From Pocillopora damicornis (lineage: Eukaryota), in the NCBI RefSeq assembly GCF_003704095.1, contig NW_020845410.1:496001-560000 (forward strand): a stretch of 64,000 bases of DNA. Direction: 5' to 3'. The first letter of the stretch is position 1. Each line of letters begins with the position of its first letter. The notes beneath the pieces were generated by a model. The model was not told the DNA's origin. It ran no database searches and saw nothing but the letters and a program-made list of their open reading frames with translations. The position numbers and the translations under genes are program-made. Positions 42,901-57,200 of the stretch are shown here, piece after piece.

Positions 42901-43576
42901 ACAAATAAATGGCGCTAAAACGATCCCTATTTCAAAACAACAGACAATCATCCTCTACACCACCATTGGTACTGATATTCTGGCGTTTAAGTTCAATGAA
43001 TAAATGATTTAATGTCGGACAATTCGCAAGATTGCATTCTGATAAAGCGCAATGGCCCTAAATCGCTGGTTTCAGATTCTAATAGTACACCCAAGGGAGA
43101 AATGGTTATAGATGATACAAACTTTTGAATACAGCTTTGTAAACAAGCCTGACCATGATGGCGTTAATTCATTTACGCTTCCTTACATGAAAAAAGTACC
43201 TGTTGCGGTTTTTTATAAACTTTGATGAACATTACGAGTTTTACCTTGCTCGCTCCAGGCTTGCTTTAGATAGATCGCGTCCATTTATTTCCATTACTCT
43301 ATCTCCAACTTCCAACATTCCATCCCGTTTTGCTCTACTATCCGGCAATAAATCAGCGATTCGTATATTTCCCAAAGCAGTTCTTGCACGGCTTGGGCTG
43401 CAAGGATCTTTATTTTCAAGGACGACTCCAAAATCTCCCGAGCACTCATCAAATTCGAACGTTCTAATGTCGCCTGCTCCATCCATGTCTCCGTTTTGAA
43501 GCGTATCTTCGGCCGCGGAAGCCTTCTTTGATCGCGGAGAAAAAGCATCTGAAGAAGAAACCTTACCTTCAGTCAT
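21980..43576 (-). CDS. PDZD2: Giant multi-PDZ protein of the PDZD2/pro-interleukin-16 family, about 3700 aa, 18 exons, 10 PDZ domains
   Basis: Exons 43245-43576, 42422-42557, 41074-41210, 39462-39594, 38284-39331, 37816-37889, 35858-36089, 34673-34790, 34114-34388, 33370-33443, 33107-33155, 32693-32743, 32463-32597, 31285-31973, 29603-30885, 24435-29295, 23300-24061, 21980-22693. All GT-AG and phase-consistent; total 11103 nt. Ten GLGF-type loops with GD(E/Q)xxxVNG motifs. KGLGFTIVGGKGSPHGD and the last domain LEKGASGLGFSLGGGQDSLYGDAPI resemble PDZD2/IL-16 domains. AATAAA (minus) at 20948-20953. Confidence 0.85.
32012..32090 (+). mobile_element. Penelope-like element terminal fragment (3' half of hammerhead-type motif)
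   Basis: CGCTCGAAACGTCAGCTTT...TTTACGGTGG...TCAGTTGATAAAACCAAATTAC, similar to 44655-44810 and 52519-52610. Confidence 0.5.
33895..34099. mobile_element. Degenerate ~200-bp MITE copy (related subfamily)
   Basis: ACACCCTA...AAATTCTCCATACAGTTCTCTATACATTTCC...AAGGAGAAAT...GTCACTCTAGGTGTGAAAGGG. Confidence 0.55.
37949..38152. mobile_element. ~200-bp MITE, piggyBac-like termini
   Basis: TIRs CCCTTTAACTCCCA / TGGGAGTTAAAGGG, flanked on both sides by TGAA. Confidence 0.85.
39753..40038. mobile_element. MITE-like element with ~35-bp imperfect terminal inverted repeats
   Basis: AATGACTTTAAGAAAATTGATGACACTT matches the reverse complement of AAGTGTCATTAATTTTCTTAAAGTCGTT. Confidence 0.65.
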
Positions 43577-43842
43577 GGTATTCACGGTCAAAACACTAGT
43601 AAAATTGTTCTTCTTGTTTTCCTGCGGTGAACATTCCTTCCATTTTTCCCGTCTTCGCAACCGAATCACAGTAGCCAAGTTTGAGCTCGTCTGCCACAAA
43701 TCTAGGTCACACCAAACTTTTCATCTTTTAAATTCACACCATAAATTTCCCGATGAAAAGCATACTTAAAGGTGAATTTTTTTCTCAATAGGTGTAAGGA
43801 TTCAACGTTTCTATAAACTTCCTTCGTTTCTGTTTGTACCGT

Positions 43843-43886
43843 CTTTTATAAGTTCCACATTTGAATCACATCGTCATGACGTCATG
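43843..43886 (-). promoter_or_regulatory. Promoter of the multi-PDZ gene: CRE, half-CRE, AP-1-like site and TATA box
   Basis: CATGACGTCATG palindrome 43875-43886, CGTCA 43872-43876, TGAATCA 43862-43868, TATAAAAG (minus) 43850-43843, about 270 bp upstream of the ATG. Confidence 0.6.
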
Positions 43887-44654
43887 CATATAAAGCACTC
43901 CTCCCCCGTGAATACGTATTTTTGTTTTGTTTGGCATGTTTCGGTTTTCTGTTTAAAGGATACAACATTGTAATTCCAAGCAATGCGAGCGGTCAACCTT
44001 AAGAAATAATTTCTCTAAAGCAGATATCGCAAAATGATACGTTCGTTTCACTTGATTAAATCATGCAAAAAATCTGCACCCTACTGGGGCAGGGGAGCAT
44101 ATGATGGACCCCTTTGAAGAGGCTCTCTGTCGGGTACTGTCGTCTGGGTCAAGTTTAGCCTCTCGTGAGATACACAAGTTTAGAGATCACGTTTGACCTT
44201 TCAAACTAATTTAAAGTACTTTTTTTCGTAAAACAATTGATTTCAAAATGAAAAGGAGTCCGATTACACCCTGTTGTGTAGCTTCATGACGCGACCTACT
44301 CTCTGTGTGTCGAACTAAATAAGAACGGTAGTAGCAAGAAAAGAAACGCGCGAGTCAGTAGACACATAACCTCCGTCTTTCCCTCGCGCGTGCTGCACTC
44401 GCGCCAAGTCAAGCGCCCGTTACGCATGATATATTAACCATGACGGAACCTTGAGACCGTGTTGAATATGTCTTTACCAACGCCTCGGGTCACGAAAAGG
44501 TATGCGGACCAACAAAAAATTGAGCTTAGCCCTTAGCTAACTAACCTAGACCGGTATTGACGAAATTCCACAATTAAACTGACCAATTAATGGGCAGGTT
44601 TCTAAACAAAACTTTGGTGCTACGTTGGTTAGGGTACCACAAGATCATTTGCCT

Positions 44655-44810
44655 TTGTCAACTGAGTTGATAATCATAGCGAGTTTCTAAGCTGACGTCT
44701 CGAGCGCTAGCCCTTCGTCAGAGAGAAATGACGCCTAACAGCCGAAACGTAACCTTTATAAATTCTTTCCTAACCAATAAACAGTATAAACTCAGTTGAT
44801 AAAACCAACG
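44655..44810. mobile_element. Inverted pair of Penelope-like terminal fragments with degenerate hammerhead ribozyme core
   Basis: Minus strand 44721-44691 reads CTGACGA-AGGGCTAGCGCTC-GAGAC-GTC-AGC. An adjacent plus-strand copy reads GCCGAAACGT...AACTCAGTTGATAAAACC. Confidence 0.55.
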
Positions 44811-45173
44811 TAACCTGCCAATTTAAGACTTAGTCGAACCAAACTGTGACGCTGCCAATTTAACGGCCTAAGTGATTTAGGAAGTGGGTGAACATACCCA
44901 AAACAAAATTAAAAATAATTTAACCTGATAGGTAGTCTAGGAAAGAGAACCCGACAGAAGCTTAGTTGTCCGAGGTAAAATGTCATTTACCGTTGCCTTT
45001 CGCCACCTCCTGTTCCAAAGAGCAGCTGGTTCTGTGAAACAGATATGAGCCTCAAGACTTAGGCCCTGGCAAAGTCAAAACAAGAGACGAAAAGAATTCT
45101 AATCTATCTTGAAACATCAAGAACACACGTTTTCCGAATTGAAATTTTATTTTACAGCTCTCAAAATAGGGCT

Positions 45174-48011
<2,838 letters not shown>

Positions 48012-48413
48012 CTTGAGTAACCTTTACCTGAAAAACACATCGTGCATCGATATTATGGTTTTCATTTTTGTCTATCCTGCAGGGAAATCAAAGGGAAACT
48101 ATGTAAAAAGCTGCTAGGCTTTCAATTGAATATTACATAATCCCCAAGATAAAACAAAAGAATCTGCAAAAAATGCGGGAATACTTAGAGATGTTTCCCA
48201 AAGTTAGCAACTAATTTATTGTAAGGTAACAGCTTTCAGGTAGGATTCACTATCAACGCGATTTTTTTTATTTCCAGCCATATTTCATTTATCTTATTAA
48301 GTAGAAGTAGGCTCTGATATCGAAAGAATAGAAATAAGAAGTCTAATCGAAAATAGAAAAGAGGATTGGGGAGATAATTTGAGATTTCAACCACACATCG
48401 GAACGAATCTCAC

Positions 48414-48438
48414 CTTCGAAGAGGAAGGCTGAAAGAGG
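48414..48438 (-). promoter_or_regulatory. RPL17: RPL17 non-coding first exon with TCT initiator / 5'TOP tract
   Basis: Minus strand CCTCTTTCAGCCTTCCTCTTCGAAG|GTGAG; acceptor TTTTTCAG| at 48028. Confidence 0.85.
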
Positions 48439-48523
48439 ACATATACCCAGAGTTCTTTTCGATAAGACTTCTTCATTGCGCAGGCGCATTCATCAAATTC
48501 AAAATGGCGTCGGATATTTAATC
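48439..48523. promoter_or_regulatory. Compact bidirectional promoter RPL17 / FKBP with NRF1-like and YY1-like sites
   Basis: TGCGCAGGCGCA at 48477-48488. AAAATGGCG at 48501-48509, which also starts a 5-codon uORF (48504-48521). A 46-nt 5'UTR intron follows (48524-48569). Confidence 0.6.
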
Positions 48524-48575
48524 GTAAGTCGTGAAAACTCTTGGTGGTTTCTTTGGCCCTGTCTTACAGTTCGCG

Positions 48576-51500
48576 ATGTTTTGGGGTGAGTAGATTATTT
48601 CATTACTTTCTATAGTTCCTTTGCTATGTAATCAAAACTTAAAAGTGGAGAAATGACTCCACTGAAGTGCAATTTTTCTAACAGTCATAGTTTCGTGCAG
48701 GAGTGAGATAAATTATTTGATGAAATACAAACACAATATTCTTTTAAAAATCCACGTTTATTATACAATAGTTATAAATTTTTATAAAGAATCTATAAAG
48801 AGTTTTATGACTATTGAGTATATTTAAGGCAAATGCTGCTTCCTTATTGCTCAACTGGCATTTTAGAACGGCCATGGCATGTGATATTTTAACGCGTGGA
48901 ACATTAATTTGTGAGCAGAAGAAAACATGTACAAACTACCCAAGGTGAAGTCTAGCACGCTTTTTATTAGATTCGGTTTAGTTAACAAGATTTCCAAAGT
49001 TGTGCTCTTGGAAGGATCATTGAATACCTGAAGGCTCTCTGTTCAGGTATCAAGGGTACTTAGCTCTGAAACCTTCAACTTGTAGGAGTGAGTTGAATCT
49101 AACTTCACCTTGCGACTCCAGTCTGTTATCTTGCAAAGAGGTTATGAAAAAAGACAAACCCATCAGTTAGAAGGTTTATCTTGATATAAAACCAAATTTA
49201 CAAGGAAATGTAAGGGGCTCAGGAGGGGAATTACTAGTTGAATCTTAGAAGTTAAACAGATTGGATCAAAGTACAGTTATTCAAGTTGCATTACATCAAT
49301 AGTTGGTTGGCTGTGGTACCACAACCTTCCCATTAGACAGAGAAATTTATGTTTCATTCCTTAGAGCACACCATGCACCTGTCCATAAAACAGTTTATAG
49401 TTCCATTCCTATTTTATTTCCAGGGGTCACTCTTGATTCTGGGAAGCGTTACACCCAGACAGTGGAAAAGTCATTCCACTTATCAATGGCTGCTCTGGGC
49501 TTTCAGAACTGTTCATCAGTGCCAGTGACAATAATGGTTGAAGTGGATAAAGCTCAGTTTGCATTGTGCACACTGCAGCCTGGCAAAATTCCACAACAGC
49601 CTTTAGACTATTGTTTTACAGAAGGAGAAGAGATAACTTTCTTTACAGAAGGCCCCGGGGATGTACATTTAACAGGTTTGTTTTATTTTGAATTCTTTTT
49701 TTTGATCACCATCATAGTGGCATAATTTGAAATTTTTTAATTTTTTTCTTATGAGATTAAGATCAGGAGACTGATAAAAAGGCAGCTATGATCTTAAAAT
49801 GCCAAATGTAGATAGAAGTGTGAGACTTCTTGCTTTAGATTTTGCTGGCTTCAGGTGGATTAGAAATTTATCGTACCATGCTCTTGGTTATACATTTTGA
49901 GTTTCTGGTTCATATTTAGATGAAGCAAGCATATACTTGTATTTTCTGTCAAGGGAGCAGGGATGGTTCAGCAATGAGAGTGCTTGCCTCCTACTGCAGT
50001 GGCCTATGTTTGATTCCCAAACCTGGTGTCATATGTGGGTTGAGTTTGTGGGTGGTTCTTGTCCTAGCTCCAAAGGGTTTCTTGGGTTACTTCAGGTTAC
50101 CTCCCTCCACAAAAACCAACATTCCAAATTCCAATGCAACCTGGAACCTGTGGACAAGAAGGTAGCCCAAATGTTAACTCAAGTATAAAAGATCTCAACA
50201 TGCAACAAGTTTTCCATTAAATTGTTATATTTGATGGACAGGTTATTTAGTGGATGAACCAAATGCTGTGGAATTTGAAGAATCAGATGAGGAAGTATCG
50301 GCAGGAAGTGAAAAATCTGCAAGCAACTCTGATTCAGCTGAGGATGATGATGAATCATCCAGTGAGGAAGTGACTCTTGGAGACTTATTTCAAAGTGGAG
50401 ATTTGATCAGCAGTGATGATGATGATGAGGATGAAGAGAGTGCAGATTTGGACTGGGATCCATCCAAGGATAATCCAAAGAGGAGAAAACCAAGTAAGAA
50501 AAGGAAGAAGAAAAAACAGGCTGAGAATTTGGATGAAAACAATATTATATCTCTGATGGATGTTGAACAAACTGAAGTAACTTTGTCAAATTATAGTATG
50601 CATGGTGAAAATGAAGGCAGTAATGGAGGGCAAAAAAATACTAAATCTGAAATTGAACTCAGGAAGAAAGAAGGAAACAAGAAAAAGAGGAAAGTGGTTG
50701 AAACAGAAAATCAGACAGTTGAAAATGGACTTAAACCAGCTAAAAAACTGAAGAAGAAAGGAAAAAAATCTCAACTAAACTCACCAAACAGTGATGGCAA
50801 GACAGAAAAGTCAAAAACTCAAGAAAATAGCAGTGAGCAGACTTCATTAGGTAGTAACTTGCTTACAAAAAACAGTGACACTCAAGTTAAACAAGTAACA
50901 CAAATAAAAAGGGGAAAGGAGACACAACCAAGGCCTGGGAAACAGAGTGATCAACCACAAGCCACCTTGGTAAGTGTCTATTGATTTATGTTATGGGAAA
51001 TATTTTGAGAAGCTGTTTTTTCATTATAGTAAACTCACAGGGTCATGGCAGGTCAAAGTAAACATGCAAGGCTGCAAACTTTTGTTTTTCATGTTTTGGA
51101 GGTAATCATGAATACAAATTGTCAGCACTTGTGTTTTGGAAAATATATCTGAATATATAATAAGTAATGAAATTGGTAATTCATAAGAATTTATGAGCTT
51201 CAGAAAGTAAAGAAAGGATTTTAGTCATGTTTGGCGTTGTGTGTTCAGTTTATTATTGATGTTGACATAGGTTCAATAATCATTGTTACATACCCAGACT
51301 TGCACTCAACAGAACGAGCACTGAGATTGGTTGATTCTTGGTCATGTGCCCCTGATCAAATTCAAATGTATCCCAACTGGGATACAATTGCGCAGTTGTA
51401 GCCTGTGCACCAAATACAACAGTACATGATTGTTTTAAGGGAAAGTTTAAATATATAACAAAGCACTTAATGTATGGTCCCAAAGGAAACTAGTTAGTTT

Positions 51501-53205
51501 TGTTTTCCCTTGATTCCTGATGTTTCCCCTGACTTTGTTTTGGGAAATATCAGGACTGTTGGGAAAACAAAACTATCTAGTTTCCCTCGGGAAAGTGTAT
51601 AATAAGTGTATAATATGTAAGGAATATTTTTCTGCTAAATATGGATGATACGATAGTTCTCAAACTTAACATGCAAGGAAATAGTGTAACAAGGAGATCT
51701 TGTATTGTATTATAAGCAGGCAAAGAGGAAAACGCTACCAGGAGGAACTGTGTTTGAAGACATTAAAAAAGGGACAGGACCAATGGCCAAAAGAGGACAG
51801 ATAGTAAGGATGTCCATGAATATTAATGCTTTATGTGCCATGGTCTTTGCTGACTGTATGTGATCTGCTTACAACACAAACTGTCTCATTATACTGAAAT
51901 GTTTTAACCCTTTAACTCCCAAGATCTGATTGTTAATTCTCCCCTCTAGCTGCTACACATTTCCTTTTAAATTGGTAACAAGAATTTGGTGTTAGATCAA
52001 GATCATTTCTACCTGATATATTTGAGTATTCTCATTACTTGTTTGCTAAATAATGCATGAATATAATAGGGAGAAGTTACATGTTAATCACTTCTAGGAG
52101 TTAAAGGGTTAAGCGCAATGTCTATTGATGAAGTTGCAGTAGGTCAGTAGTGATAGTCACAAACACAGAGCAATATGTTGCTGATTCAAGTAAACCACAA
52201 GGGAGCACTTGGATTGATCAAAAGAATATTCCATCTATCAGCTGTCTGTGGTTTTAAATTAAAGTGTCTGTAGATCTTCCTTTTTGGTTTGTCTTGTTCT
52301 TTGTAATTACTATTTTTCATTTCTCAATGGTTCATTTCAACAGGTTCATTTATATTATAAAGGAACTTTAGCAAAGAACAAAAAGCAGTTTGATGCTTGT
52401 CTGAGTGGACAGCCACTTTCATTCAGAGTTGGTGCAGGACAGGTCATACAAGGCTGGGATCAGGGTGTCACTGGTAAGTGTTCTAACATTCATACTACCA
52501 AGGCAATCCTCCTTTCCCTCTGACGAAAGGCTAATGGAGGGAAACATCAGCTTTTAAACTCTTAGCAGTGGTCAATTTATGTTATCAACTCAATTGATAA
52601 TACCAAATCACACAGCCCTCCTTAAATTTGATTTTCGAAGCCTGAAATTTCTTTATGTCAAGTAACTGAGTCAACCAAGGTTGTTCTTTTTTCACACAGG
52701 AATGCAAGTAGGTGGGAAAAGGAGATTGATAGTACCTCCATCACAAGGGTAGGTTATTGTGTTACAGTATCCTAAAGATCATTATACACCTCTTTCACAC
52801 ATAGCTAACCTATTACACTACTTATTTGATCATATGATGTGAAAATACCTCACACATGCTTTTTGTGAAAAGTAACTACCCTATGTCAACTGTACAGCCA
52901 TTTTGTTACCAATCAGGTTTGTCAATAAGGGTACCTTTACAGTTTAGCTAACTTGATGTTAAGAGTGGAAATGATGATTGTTGTCACTTTACATTGGGGC
53001 ACATATCACAATGCTACAAGTGATATCTCCAATGTTACAGCTATTGAAAACTAAGTGACAGCCCTAGCACTGTGTCTTATACAATATTGTGCAGAGCTGA
53101 TGAGTAGATATGATCGTTATTTGCAGATATGGTCATGAAAAGATAGGACCAATTCCACCCAACAGTACGTTGGAGTTTGAAGTTCAACTTGTGAAACTGC
53201 AGTAA
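48576..53205 (+). CDS. Nucleoplasmin-like FK506-binding nuclear protein (NPL-FKBP; FKBP39/FKBP46/Fpr3-4 type), 443 aa, 7 coding exons
   Basis: Exons 48576-48585, 49424-49675, 50242-50969, 51720-51803, 52344-52473, 52700-52748, 53127-53205 (1332 nt). MFWGVTL...FHLSMAAL...VHLTGY NPL domain; acidic then Lys-rich linker; FKBP domain [49 protein letters not shown]. Confidence 0.93.
49952..50146 (+). mobile_element. Degenerate tRNA-derived SINE (second family)
   Basis: GGGAGCAGGGATGGTTCAGCAATG (A-box-like), GTTTGATTCCC (B-box-like), then TCATATGTGGGTTGAGTTTG...CCTCCCTCCACAAAAACCAAC. Confidence 0.6.
51908..52108. mobile_element. ~200-bp MITE with TTAA target-site duplication (piggyBac-like)
   Basis: TTAA-CCCTTTAACTCC...GGAGTTAAAGGG-TTAA with 12-bp perfect TIRs. 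Confidence 0.9.
52519..52610 (+). mobile_element. Penelope-like terminal fragment with degenerate hammerhead core
   Basis: CTCTGACGAAAGGCTAATGGAGGGAAACATCAGC...TATCAACTCAATTGATAATACCAAAT. Confidence 0.5.
52777..53062 (+). ncRNA. Candidate structured RNA in the last FKBP intron
   Basis: Long-range helix 52777-52808 / 52944-52979 and adjacent branched hairpin 52980-53062 (10+9+7 bp). G-U pairs favour the plus strand. Confidence 0.3.
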
Positions 53206-54222
53206 TATAATTAGCCAACTGTGATGTACTACTGTTATGCAAATCTGTCTCCTACATTTGCAAACAGAGACCATTTCCACAAATTAGTACGTTAGAGTTT
53301 GATGGTCTACTCATGAAACCACAATAATATACTATCAGTACTTATAAATTGCCTAAGACATGCTACTGTCAAGTAAAAATGTGCCTACATTTACAAACTA
53401 GTATTGAATAACACTGGCATGTAAAGGATTCTTGTACCAAAATTAACACATCTTGGGTGTGCATAATAATTTCTTCTTGACCTCAAACCATTAACATTCT
53501 GCAAGAGGAGCATCTACACTGGTTACCAGTATTTTAGAATAAGACTGCTTCTTTATCAGTTCAGAGCCAAGCTGCAGAAAGCCGGGGGAAGGACCAGTTC
53601 GTGTCATTAGTTTTAGCTCAATTTAATTTTATCAGATAATTCTATTTTTAAATATTATTCCTGTGCAAGACTCGTGATTGAAAATGTTACCTGTCATATA
53701 TTCTCACAAAAATTAGTTATCATGTCTTCTTTAAAACATTTATTTGAGCTTTGAAACTTCTTATTGCACATGTACTGTTCTAATATTTTTCCTAAATAAA
53801 GAGTATGAGGGACATTTTATTAGTTGATTAAAAAATTTGATAAATGAGTGTCCTAAATTACACAGACAAAATTTTTAGATTTTATGAAGATAATGTCCTT
53901 GGAACATTTTTCCCAAAAGCTTTTTGTTAAACATGATTTCAAAGTACTGTCAAAATAGCTTCCTATTGCCAATCAACTTCTTGACCACAACTTGAGTTGG
54001 TGTTGTATTTGAAACTTATTTAATGTAATTGGCAAAGTTTTCTATCTCTTGGTTCTTATATCCAACCATGGAGAGGTTACTGATGCCATTGTTCAGTAGA
54101 TTCAAATCATCAAAACTGGTGAGGCTTGTTAGCGTAGATTGATGATACTGTCACATTGATGTTGTGATAACTGCTAACAGCTAAAATTAAAAATAACCCT
54201 ATTCTCAACTTTTTTGTTACCA

Positions 54223-57200
54223 TTATAATGTTTTCAATTGCTGTAACAAGCTGAGTCCTTTCCCACTCTCTGAAGTGTTCACTGCCTCGTCATCTGCTAT
54301 TGATGTACACGTAGTGGTGTCTTCTTTCAGCCCACCATCCTTAGCTTCAAGCAACTGCTTCATCAGCTTATCCCTCTTGGACACGCACTTCCTCGTGAGA
54401 GAGTGCACAGCATCAACAAAGTGAGTTTGGAAGTCAGAGAGGGCTGTGATACCTTGAAACAACAAATGATGTTACTTTTGAGAAGGAGCTAGGACTTATG
54501 TTGCAAAATATAACATTTCCTAATTTCAGTGAGTTATGCCATGTTTTTGCCACACAGCAAACTATGCTCGCTTTCTTTTTATGCCAAGAATATCATACAT
54601 CCTTACATGAGAGTTTGAGGTACAAATCTCTAAAACTGAAACCCTAATTTATTTACATGTAAATTAAGGTTTTTGTCTTGCCTGATTGTTCCTTTTCCTT
54701 CCTGGGCTGAAGAAGATCCATAGCATCTGATAACTAGGGAGAAGTAAGCAAACACAGTGAGGTAAAGTGACATTGTCAAATACTCTATGAACCCTCAGAT
54801 TTTTAGATCAGCTCTGCTAGTAATTTCACCCTGTCTCTTTCCTTTTGAATCATTGTTTAAAGGACAAGTGACACAGGAGCAGGAGACACTTTTTACTATT
54901 TTAGACACCATTTGCTGGATTTTAATTAATTTTTCACAGGTTAGCAGGGGATTTAACAAATCCAAACACTTAAGGGTGGAGGTGGGGAAAGTGAAGAGAG
55001 ACAATCTGCAATCATGGGATTCAGAGGCTGGGGTTAACATCATTGGTTCTCTCAAGTAAAAGTTACACTATACCTGTGATTCATGGTCCTTGAATGAGGA
55101 CAGAAAAGTCCGCAAATCATCTTCAGAAGCTGTGTCTTTCAGTTTTTTGTAAGCACCGAGTATATCTGTTCAAAACAGGACATGAAAACCATAAATCAAT
55201 AACTAAAATGGACCCAAAAAAAGGAGAACACAAAAAAAAGTTACCTTCCAAAGGCTTACAAAGCAGTTCCATAAGATTTCCTTCAAATGTCTGGTATGCC
55301 TCTCTGCCAATGACAAAAAAATATAATAAAATATAAATAAATCCATTGTTAGAAGTGTTTAAAACCCTTCTCCAAATCATTATTTTTGCTCTGTCAAATA
55401 CAGTTTCTGAACTCATACACAACAGAGCAATTTTACAGCCCAGGCACAACCTCATAAAATTTACCTAACTGCAGATAGCAGGGACTCTGCATAGTCCACC
55501 TGGCATTGGTAAACTTGCCGATGAAATGACAGTTCCTCCTTAAGTATTTTTATCTAAAGAGAGGAAATAAAATCATGTTTTTATATCATCTTTCACCAAG
55601 AAAAAGGGTTGTATATCACTGCTAGGTGCAGTGCTTCTTCAGTGGTGTTAGCTAATGACACTGGTATAGGTATTTTTGTTTGGGCTGAATGTGGTGTAAA
55701 TTAAAACTGGTTTTCATCAGGCATTGGGGATAAAAGAATTTCATGGATACATAAAATGCTTATAATAAGTTAAATTTCAATGGCCAGAGCCAATTTTTAA
55801 TTCAGACAATGAGAGTATTCTTGTTACTTGACAGTTGTTCTCTGTTATGACATTGCTTGATGAAAACAAGACGAACTATTGTAATGTAGACCATGAGAAC
55901 CCTAGAAACAATGCTATTTTGCACTTGGGGACAAAAATACCAGCCGTTTACTAAACATACCTCTAGTGACAGTATATGCTTTGAATAGCTGATTGATTTC
56001 ATCAAGGCTTGCACAACTGATCTCACCTGTTAACAACACAAAATACATAATCTGCTCATAATAATACAATAAAATACTTACGGTACTTTAGAATTCCCCC
56101 CAGTGTTGTACCTTTTCAGAAATTAAACACCTTTGAATGACAATTAAGGAATCCAGGACTACAACCCAGTCATAGTCAGTCTTTTAGGTAAAATTACTAA
56201 ATGTAAATTTCAGGCTTTAAAAATGAATCTAATAAAAGTATCTTGTCAAAGACTAGATGTACAAGATACACTAGATGGATCAATTTTGATGACTAGATGT
56301 ACCCTTGACATAAATTGACTTACAGAAACACTTGGTATAAGTTAGAAAATTGCATGATGTCAAGAAGAAGTAAAATACCAGTATGTTTAACTTGAAAAGA
56401 GTTAATTCACACTGGTATAAATTAAAATGTAACTGTAGGGTTATTGTTTCATAGTATGATCCTACCTCTTGCTGTTTTTTCCGGCTCAGCTCTGGCATGT
56501 GAGACATGATACTCTCTTCTGTGAGGTCTTCTCGAATAGCCTTCTTTAAGGGAGGCTGCAATGTGCAACAAGAATTGGGATTATTGTAATCCTTATTAAT
56601 TACAATTTTACATGAAATTATCACCTGTGAATACCAAAATATCAGAATCTTGGAATGGGCCCAAATTTTTTACTAGCTACCTCTCCTTTTATCCTTTGAC
56701 TAAGTCACCCACATTCTTCCTTGTTGTTGTGGGTTGCTTGTGATTTGTCTGTGAAAATAGGTTAGGATCACAAACAACTCTCTACAACATGCAAGAATGT
56801 GGGTGTGTTGGTAAAAAAGAAAGTGGGAGGGTAGTGAGACAAGAATTTGGGCCCATTCCACAGTTCAATGACTTTTGAAGTAACTAAGAACAGAAATTAT
56901 ACTTATTGTAACCTCAGGGATGGGGAAGGTGAAAAAAGCTGAAAGTGCTCATGAAATTTTGGCTAACAATTTGCCACTGGGGCCATAAAAACTGCACTTC
57001 TGTCCAGGCATTTCAATATGTAGGAATTATTGGCTGTCCACAGTCAATTACGAGGCCTTCATTGTTGTCTGTTAAGATTCCATTTGTTGCATTTTTAAGG
57101 CCCAACAGTGAGCAATTTCACCTTTGACCAACACTTGAGAAATAAGTTATTAAAACCCTAGCATGTCAGCTATTAAAGGTACATGTGTAGGAAGTGATTG

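Noticed and set aside
52777-53062. Telomerase RNA or RNase P/MRP RNA in the FKBP intron (P1-like helix, pseudoknot, three-way hairpin)
   Set aside because: No CTAACCCTAA-type template for TTAGGG (only CTAACCTA, inside a helix), no P6.1-like loop or H/ACA end, and no RNase P/MRP CR-I/CR-V motifs.
53097-53140. Hammerhead ribozyme starting CTGATGAG
   Set aside because: The stem is followed by AGAT, not GAAA; the site coincides with the branch point and 3' splice site.
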